Source: Balanoglossus misakiensis | Lineage: Eukaryota > Animalia > Hemichordata | Assembly (NCBI GenBank): GCA_040954595.2 | Contig: CM082580.2 | Coordinates: forward strand, 3,152,783-3,216,782 | Length of the DNA: 64,000 nt | Direction: 5' to 3' | Shown: in pieces, positions 63,201-64,000 of the stretch | How the letters are laid out: the number at the start of each line of letters is the position of its first letter | Numbering within the stretch: position 1 is the stretch's first letter | Notes under the pieces: generated by a model | Databases searched by the model: none | Told to the model about the DNA's origin: nothing | The model's input: the letters and a program-made list of their open reading frames with translations, nothing else | Translations under genes and position numbers: made by a program

Positions 63201-63485
63201 TTATTAGTACATGTACATGTATTTGATAGTCATTTGAAAATCTGTTGGATTTCAAATGATGAACTCCACCTCATATCATTATTTCATCTGTATGTTCACT
63301 ACAGAAATATATGTCTTTCCTTGAGAAAAAATAAATTGTAGATGATGATTTTATTCAATTTGGTTTTTTTCCAGGTCTTTGATAACAGTATGCGGAAACG
63401 TTTGTATGAAAGACTGCTGTACATCACCTGTTCACAGAATTGGGAAGCTATGGGTACACATTTCTGGGTCAAACAGTGTATTGAG
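15108..63485 (+). CDS. TRRAP: Transformation/transcription domain-associated protein (TRRAP/Tra1), N-terminal HEAT-repeat region; 54 coding exons in window, 3'-incomplete
   Basis: Chain of GT-AG exons with compatible phases encoding recognisable TRRAP motifs: [150 protein letters not shown] and PIKK-like domains are expected beyond the window. Confidence 0.97.
16029..16078 (+). CDS. TRRAP: TRRAP coding exon 2
   Basis: [16 protein letters not shown]; AG/GT flanks. Confidence 0.9.
16368..16521. mobile_element. TTAA-flanked MITE (Kolobok-like), family C
   Basis: ttaa-aggtatacggtcac ... gtgactgtatacc-ttaa; reverse relative at 56674-56850. Confidence 0.7.
16681..16791 (+). CDS. TRRAP: TRRAP coding exon 3
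   Basis: [25 protein letters not shown]...; AG/GT flanks. Confidence 0.9.
17574..17762 (+). CDS. TRRAP: TRRAP coding exon 4
   Basis: [16 protein letters not shown]...[22 protein letters not shown]. Confidence 0.93.
18411..18467 (+). CDS. TRRAP: TRRAP coding exon 5
   Basis: [19 protein letters not shown]. Confidence 0.9.
18663..18861. mobile_element. MITE family A copy
   Basis: ta-ctgtaaaacaggttatttttgcga ... aaataacccgttttaca. Confidence 0.78.
18889..19005 (+). CDS. TRRAP: TRRAP coding exon 6
   Basis: KSFEVQTG...DGQKQQ; cag/gtaagt, phase 0-0; variable linker. Confidence 0.8.
19489..19655 (+). CDS. TRRAP: TRRAP coding exon 7
   Basis: [29 protein letters not shown]. Confidence 0.93.
20247..20343 (+). 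CDS. TRRAP: TRRAP coding exon 8
   Basis: [32 protein letters not shown]. Confidence 0.93.
20983..21121 (+). CDS. TRRAP: TRRAP coding exon 9
   Basis: [13 protein letters not shown]...[26 protein letters not shown]. Confidence 0.93.
21190..22081. mobile_element. 892-bp non-autonomous DNA transposon with TA TSD (pogo/Tc1-mariner-like)
   Basis: TA|ccgtacttgcccggttaagaaccc ... gggctcttacccgggcaagtacgg|TA; CpG-rich interior; subterminal ctaaagccccccc repeats. Confidence 0.85.
22210..22399. mobile_element. MITE family A copy
   Basis: actttattttcgcgagttgaaa ... gtgttttacag|ta. Confidence 0.78.
22539..22617 (+). CDS. TRRAP: TRRAP coding exon 10
   Basis: [25 protein letters not shown]. Confidence 0.92.
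22890..23094 (+). CDS. TRRAP: TRRAP coding exon 11
   Basis: [15 protein letters not shown]...[18 protein letters not shown]. Confidence 0.94.
23449..23655. mobile_element. MITE family A copy (opposite orientation)
   Basis: ta|ctgtaaaacactttattttcg ... cgaaaataaagtgttttacag|ta. Confidence 0.85.
24054..24145 (+). CDS. TRRAP: TRRAP coding exon 12
   Basis: [21 protein letters not shown]; tandem tagcag acceptor. Confidence 0.9.
24155..24250. repeat. (TTTTG)n/(TG)n microsatellite
   Basis: Visible directly just after the exon 12 donor. Confidence 0.9.
24764..25155 (+). CDS. TRRAP: TRRAP coding exon 13
   Basis: Pro/Thr-rich segment then [22 protein letters not shown]. Confidence 0.9.
25399..25470 (+). 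CDS. TRRAP: TRRAP coding exon 14
   Basis: [23 protein letters not shown]. Confidence 0.9.
25849..25976 (+). CDS. TRRAP: TRRAP coding exon 15
   Basis: MQALDIYQV...[20 protein letters not shown]. Confidence 0.92.
26410..26599 (+). CDS. TRRAP: TRRAP coding exon 16
   Basis: [13 protein letters not shown]...[15 protein letters not shown]. Confidence 0.93.
26882..26976 (+). CDS. TRRAP: TRRAP coding exon 17
   Basis: [31 protein letters not shown]. Confidence 0.93.
27399..27564 (+). CDS. TRRAP: TRRAP coding exon 18
   Basis: [55 protein letters not shown]. Confidence 0.94.
27904..28070 (+). CDS. TRRAP: TRRAP coding exon 19
   Basis: [43 protein letters not shown]. Confidence 0.94.
28295..28454. 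mobile_element. Partial copy of the TTAA-ended element at 58075-58308
   Basis: actaggatcttcagttg...gttcattctaagaa...gaccccttcactttaa shared. Confidence 0.7.
28501..28590 (+). CDS. TRRAP: TRRAP coding exon 20
   Basis: [30 protein letters not shown]. Confidence 0.94.
29037..29147 (+). CDS. TRRAP: TRRAP coding exon 21
   Basis: [11 protein letters not shown]...[20 protein letters not shown]. Confidence 0.92.
29576..29665 (+). CDS. TRRAP: TRRAP coding exon 22
   Basis: [30 protein letters not shown]. Confidence 0.88.
30290..30441 (+). CDS. TRRAP: TRRAP coding exon 23
   Basis: [29 protein letters not shown]. Confidence 0.9.
30804..30904 (+). CDS. TRRAP: TRRAP coding exon 24
   Basis: [33 protein letters not shown]. 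Confidence 0.88.
32883..33192. mobile_element. piggyBac-like MITE
   Basis: TTAA|ccctaatgct ... agcgttaggg|TTAA. Confidence 0.75.
33844..36129 (-). CDS. TRIM-NHL family E3 ubiquitin ligase (TRIM2/TRIM3/TRIM71-like architecture), intronless 761-aa CDS nested in TRRAP intron 24
   Basis: RING ([18 protein letters not shown]), B-box1 (CSSC..CVDC..CDVC..H..H), B-box2 (CTLH..CETC..CFAC..H..H), coiled coil, filamin-type Ig (HIKGSP), NHL repeats ([48 protein letters not shown]); GC-richer than flanks; good start context gcaATGg. Confidence 0.95.
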   Translation of the reverse strand: MAARHPPRVEIHEDFLTCMVCFERFKNPKILPCHHSFCEKCLVNLVDKKNRVECPMCRELCRMPTGGVADLTASFYINSILELVERQKVSPDTDHECSSCHQGNRTNRCVDCGLNICDVCSNAHKNIPTTKHHSIMTLEEYERARAKDPSMYCTLHAENELKFYCETCQVPFCFACKEEGHAAPTHKHRELHDAAKECSQRLEAQVEKLKAKQKEIQECVQRVKDMEEFRQSRYKEQEESVKKHTQAMIATLTVNLKAEENKLLDVLQTKFDKIKGAQKAESTKLQSKEELIKNTLKTVENLLRDGNDPQILSTYHETSTCLRQLVAMDTTTKSKVDKYPKFRPHTKTLEGSIGTVTSSETHAKFGSSQKKKTYAKLKKCQQWTTRLDALSNISIKLPCVPCSVRLHDQISIPIESVAEKVISCQDLEAELLEPNGHTRQLPVEQVSESPNSVTYTVAIKGCVVGRQLLSVKIGDHHIKGSPCCVQVQPPWRLEKTIGSQGDKPGQFSMPCGVTISKDGHILVADRENNRIQLLHIKTGTCLKIIQCGGLSKPFKPFDITLHNDMCYATDIKNSRVIVCDESSKVIQCFGQTNLKHPWGIAVNTTNNTVYVVNSGLHSISVFTAHNGEFVKSFGSKGSGPGQMNYPTYTAINSLGHVIVSDWGNYRIQVFNADGQFLFTFGSRDNQRGQSDKPAGLAVDSDDNIYVSFDSGNQGVQKFDRQGVFICNIGDANCGLAVTPDAPCKVVAIKSDQSDACVKLFT
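37388..37483 (+). CDS. TRRAP: TRRAP coding exon 25
   Basis: [31 protein letters not shown]; phase matches exon 24. Confidence 0.9.
37594..37747. mobile_element. PIF/Harbinger-like (Tourist) MITE
   Basis: ggggttgtggataattaaaacatgcg ... cgcatgttttaattatccacggcccc; flanks tta/gta. Confidence 0.7.
37907..39870 (+). mobile_element. Helentron-associated (HINE/DINE-1-like) non-autonomous element with an internal tandem array
   Basis: 5' 14-bp stem hairpin (37907-37939), (ATT)n(CTT)n microsatellite, tandem array, 3' subterminal repeat gtctcgaaaccc (39835-39846), short 3' hairpin gctgt-tc-acagc, T-rich flanks. Confidence 0.75.
38582..39740 (+). repeat. Tandem array of about 237-bp units, about 5 copies
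   Basis: ggaccaaaataagaagccaaattt recurs at 38582, 38818, 39055, 39292 and 39529. Confidence 0.95.
39907..40082 (+). CDS. TRRAP: TRRAP coding exon 26
   Basis: [24 protein letters not shown]...MGSKER. Confidence 0.92.
40521..40718 (+). CDS. TRRAP: TRRAP coding exon 27
   Basis: ACQLPLFEY...[16 protein letters not shown]...[13 protein letters not shown]. Confidence 0.93.
41156..41344 (+). CDS. TRRAP: TRRAP coding exon 28
   Basis: [14 protein letters not shown]...[19 protein letters not shown]. Confidence 0.93.
41602..41838 (+). CDS. TRRAP: TRRAP coding exon 29
   Basis: AMHSLRVLA...[34 protein letters not shown]. Confidence 0.94.
41850..42197. mobile_element. TTAA-flanked MITE (Kolobok-like), family D
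   Basis: TTAA|agcttccagagctgccac ... gtggcagctataggggct|TTAA; reverse copy at 58843-59194. Confidence 0.8.
42352..42448 (+). CDS. TRRAP: TRRAP coding exon 30
   Basis: [32 protein letters not shown]. Confidence 0.92.
42470..42856. mobile_element. Inserted repeat flanked by a 23-bp direct duplication
   Basis: tagtaagtatggcctgtgtcatc at 42447-42469 and 42857-42879; internal inverted repeats; related sequence at 10690-10905. Confidence 0.75.
42982..43103 (+). CDS. TRRAP: TRRAP coding exon 31
   Basis: [25 protein letters not shown]...ELQEAG. Confidence 0.92.
43948..44118 (+). CDS. TRRAP: TRRAP coding exon 32
   Basis: [29 protein letters not shown]...[15 protein letters not shown]. Confidence 0.92.
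44626..44814 (+). CDS. TRRAP: TRRAP coding exon 33
   Basis: AHLKKWMD...[18 protein letters not shown]. Confidence 0.91.
45268..45384. mobile_element. PIF/Harbinger-like MITE with TAA TSD
   Basis: TAA|ggctgcattcacaaacac ... gtgtttgtgaatgcagcc|TAA. Confidence 0.85.
45438..45557 (+). CDS. TRRAP: TRRAP coding exon 34
   Basis: [24 protein letters not shown]...WNRMF. Confidence 0.91.
45744..45836 (+). CDS. TRRAP: TRRAP coding exon 35
   Basis: [27 protein letters not shown]. Confidence 0.88.
46137..46259 (+). CDS. TRRAP: TRRAP coding exon 36
   Basis: [23 protein letters not shown]; exact donor within gtggtggtag slightly ambiguous. Confidence 0.85.
46856..46980 (+). CDS. TRRAP: TRRAP coding exon 37
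   Basis: [16 protein letters not shown]...[15 protein letters not shown]. Confidence 0.91.
46990..47282. mobile_element. PIF/Harbinger-like MITE with TTA TSD
   Basis: TTA|ggccaaataaa..tgctgttccg ... cggaacagca..tttttttggcc|TTA. Confidence 0.8.
47432..47543 (+). CDS. TRRAP: TRRAP coding exon 38
   Basis: [21 protein letters not shown]. Confidence 0.91.
47817..47969 (+). CDS. TRRAP: TRRAP coding exon 39
   Basis: [15 protein letters not shown]...[12 protein letters not shown]. Confidence 0.91.
48095..48279 (+). CDS. TRRAP: TRRAP coding exon 40
   Basis: LIGGPPNP...[24 protein letters not shown]. Confidence 0.92.
48362..49182. mobile_element. Palindromic TTAA-flanked MITE family B (Kolobok-like), interrupted by a hAT-type element
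   Basis: agggacaaagtc ... gactttgtccct|ttaa; uninterrupted relative at 56320-56669. Confidence 0.85.
48703..49159. mobile_element. hAT-type MITE, 457 bp, with 8-bp TSD
   Basis: 16-bp TIR cagtgtgcgaaattaa / ttaatttcgcacactg; agtgagag at 48695-48702 and 49160-49167. Confidence 0.9.
49333..49486 (+). CDS. TRRAP: TRRAP coding exon 41
   Basis: [17 protein letters not shown]...[24 protein letters not shown]. Confidence 0.94.
49852..49959 (+). CDS. TRRAP: TRRAP coding exon 42
   Basis: [36 protein letters not shown]. Confidence 0.94.
50051..51546. mobile_element. TA-flanked Tc1/mariner-like MITE, split by a nested element
   Basis: TA|cagtcaaacct..tagtggcca ... tggccactaa..aggtttgactc|TA. Confidence 0.7.
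50190..51515. mobile_element. 1.33-kb non-autonomous DNA transposon with about 78-bp TIRs; superfamily unassigned
   Basis: cagtcggcccgatcgccaaaaaaggaaatctcatgaatatttaaat at 50190 and its reverse complement ending at 51515; atagt duplicated on both sides; internal direct repeat of about 145 bp (about 51020-51165 and 51234-51379). Confidence 0.9.
51790..54603 (-). CDS. LINE ORF2: apurinic-type endonuclease plus reverse transcriptase, 937 aa
   Basis: EN motifs STYNCRG, VQEHWL, ILGDFNA, WLDHIL, SDHFPL; RT motifs [38 protein letters not shown]; no stops or frameshifts. Confidence 0.96.
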   Translation of the reverse strand: MTLRLSTYNCRGIKSSVDSIMSLCNDHDVILVQEHWLTEAELPLLSSIHKDFNACGISAIQDDCGIRIGRPFGGVAIMWRKSLGQNFSIKYLDDTRLLGADIVTSSGKLFILCAYLPTCSGENYDTYMNYLAKINCIINDIDTTNVIILGDFNANFGTIFARELDIFCKEHNLYISDVEKLGRCNDNFTFVSDAHGSTGWLDHILSTHAVHNAISSIGILYDYVSSDHFPLSVNIDIVGLVHTDPIPQNVTNAHAKPNWSKATPRNLSAYEHMTECLLRRLDIPNVALVCRDPNCKNIDHISSLNSLYSNIVTSLKSAALNCIPASKAEGLGFKTVPGWNEHVRDFHNAARDAFKLWAANGRPRFGPLFDLMRRTRAKFKSVLRACRRDENLARAQALAKNLTQGGTRKFWQSVHTTRGCLSSLPTSVGGCTGHENVADMWKQHYESLLNSVSNCRDRAFVLSSLNETGSHNNAMVVTAMELKGCIDKLEKGKALGYDGLGAEHLMYASPIICVMLSLCFTSFFTHGYLPETLMHAIICPIVKDKSKDLTSVDNYRPIAIVTAISKVLELCILSRIDSLLDTSNLQFGFKSNHSTDMCIFVLKEIVDFYKRHNTPVYLCFMDATKAFDRVNHWTLFRKLINCKIPLFIIRILQYWYSNQCFSVRWASVISNSFSVINGVRQGSILSPKLFAIYVNDLSGQLQSAGVGCYLANTIVNHLFYADDLVLICPSVKALQKLSNICELYGNEHDIIFHTAKTECMAIFPKSWKAHRIPCVYLYGKPLKYVCTKKYLGYIMSSSGMDDADMQRQLRCFYARANFILRNFGHCSYKVKCTLFKSFLYSVYCLNVWCNYSVKQMSTLKVAYNNALRLIFNLKRDVSISHNFVSRNILNFTSLHRKLVFSFCQRLQKSGNPVIRSCIQTDCYFLSTFWGHCRVVLH
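54612..55510 (-). CDS. LINE ORF1 (5'-truncated): coiled coil plus C-terminal RRM-like region
   Basis: [31 protein letters not shown] coiled coil; [37 protein letters not shown]-terminus resembling LINE ORF1 proteins; stop lies 8 nt before the ORF2 ATG. Confidence 0.8.
55551..55624 (+). CDS. TRRAP: TRRAP coding exon 43
   Basis: [24 protein letters not shown]; directly follows the LINE 5' junction. Confidence 0.93.
55830..56020. mobile_element. MITE family A copy
   Basis: ta|ctgtaaaacgggttatttt ... aaaataacccgttttacag|ta. Confidence 0.85.
56078..56177 (+). CDS. TRRAP: TRRAP coding exon 44
   Basis: [30 protein letters not shown]. Confidence 0.92.
56320..56669. mobile_element. Palindromic TTAA-flanked MITE family B (Kolobok-like), full length
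   Basis: TTAA|agggacaaagtctctctctcgctgcccttttt ... aaaaagggcagcgagagagagactttgtccct|TTAA. Confidence 0.9.
56674..56850. mobile_element. Family C MITE abutting family B at a shared TTAA
   Basis: gggtatgcagtcacct ... aggtgaccgtata; reverse relative of 16368-16521. Confidence 0.65.
57033..57242 (+). CDS. TRRAP: TRRAP coding exon 45
   Basis: [25 protein letters not shown]. Confidence 0.92.
57401..57766. mobile_element. TTAA-flanked MITE (Kolobok-like)
   Basis: TTAA|ggatgtacg ... cgtatatcc|TTAA. Confidence 0.6.
57786..58025 (+). CDS. TRRAP: TRRAP coding exon 46
   Basis: [24 protein letters not shown]...[13 protein letters not shown]...[10 protein letters not shown]. Confidence 0.92.
58075..58308. 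mobile_element. TIR element ending at TTAA (Kolobok-like)
   Basis: aagggaagtggtcgtcgcgcc ... ggcgcaacgaccccttcactt; partial copy at 28295-28454. Confidence 0.65.
58672..58746 (+). CDS. TRRAP: TRRAP coding exon 47
   Basis: [25 protein letters not shown]. Confidence 0.9.
58843..59194. mobile_element. Family D MITE (reverse of 41850-42197)
   Basis: agcccctatagctgcca ... gtggcagctctagaggc-ttaa; colinear reverse-complement similarity. Confidence 0.8.
59571..59709 (+). CDS. TRRAP: TRRAP coding exon 48
   Basis: [29 protein letters not shown]...IFPTE. Confidence 0.93.
59844..59934 (+). CDS. TRRAP: TRRAP coding exon 49
   Basis: [27 protein letters not shown]. Confidence 0.93.
59951..60454. mobile_element. 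504-bp TTAA-flanked MITE (Kolobok-like)
   Basis: TTAA|aggcacgtaagctgtaact ... agttacagcttacgtgcct|TTAA (perfect 19-bp TIR). Confidence 0.88.
60581..60778. mobile_element. MITE family A copy (ends degraded)
   Basis: aaaacgggttattttcgcga ... aagaggcaac ... tattgctcgcgaaaa. Confidence 0.7.
60866..61035 (+). CDS. TRRAP: TRRAP coding exon 50
   Basis: [16 protein letters not shown]...[21 protein letters not shown]. Confidence 0.93.
61836..62014 (+). CDS. TRRAP: TRRAP coding exon 51
   Basis: [16 protein letters not shown]...EMRRNFIQ...[11 protein letters not shown]. Confidence 0.92.
62264..62406 (+). CDS. TRRAP: TRRAP coding exon 52
   Basis: [40 protein letters not shown]. Confidence 0.93.
62474..62683. 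mobile_element. MITE family A copy followed by (TA)n
   Basis: ctgtaaaacactttattttcgcgag ... tgttttacag|tatatata. Confidence 0.82.
62965..63067 (+). CDS. TRRAP: TRRAP coding exon 53
   Basis: [34 protein letters not shown]. Confidence 0.93.
63111..63172. mobile_element. Family B MITE terminal fragment
   Basis: tgtcttgtatcaaacataatt ... gggcagcgagagagactttgtccctttaa. Confidence 0.65.
63375..63485 (+). CDS. TRRAP: TRRAP coding exon 54 (last visible)
   Basis: [37 protein letters not shown]. Confidence 0.94.
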
Positions 63486-64000
63486 GTAAGCGGTGATTGG
63501 CAGTCAAGAATGCACAGGTTGAAAAGAATGAAAATTAACCCCATCACAAGATTCTGTCTAACCGAAGTCAGAGTGTGCTGAAAGTCAAAGGCATTGAGAC
63601 AAACTTCAATTTTCTTGAGTGTAATGGATTAAAACCAGATGTCAGGCCATTACGTGTACATACCAGATGTTACTGCTTCACGAACGTCTTTGTGCTCAGT
63701 CCAAGTTCATGTTCCTTTTGAATGAAACAAGGAAACTGTGTATGATACATGCAAAACATGCAACATTTCAATCAATCAATCAATCAGAGAAATTTGTATA
63801 GCGCCAGTATCTATAACAAGTGTCATACTCAAAGGCGCTTTCTGAATGTCTTGTTTGTTTTTTAAGAGGGCAACATGAAGTTGATTTCTTCAAAAACAAG
63901 CGTGGCTGTAAGTGACATGATATCCAGTCTGATCTGGTCTAGTCCAGTATTGACAGTCTTGGATTGCCATAAGTTGTAGTTGTACTGCATTACATATTGC

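Overview
AT-rich animal genomic DNA with GT-AG introns and many transposons; an invertebrate source (possibly a deuterostome such as a hemichordate) is an inference only. The window is dominated by the 5' part of a plus-strand TRRAP/Tra1 gene: 54 phase-compatible coding exons from 15108 to 63485, continuing past the window end. Head-to-head upstream on the minus strand is a spliced RPP25/RPP25L (Alba-domain) gene that the ORF track mostly misses; its ATG seems split by an intron and one exon is divergent with a non-canonical donor. An intronless 761-aa TRIM-NHL gene is nested antisense in TRRAP intron 24. Intron 42 holds a 5'-truncated LINE with an intact 937-aa endonuclease/RT ORF2 beside two nested DNA elements, and intron 25 holds a Helentron/HINE-like element carrying a 237-bp tandem array. 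Many non-autonomous TIR elements with TTAA, TA, TWA, 8-bp and 9-bp target duplications are present, some nested. I found no unambiguous wholly new system; the best leads are listed as findings. All coordinates were read by eye and no database searches were run.
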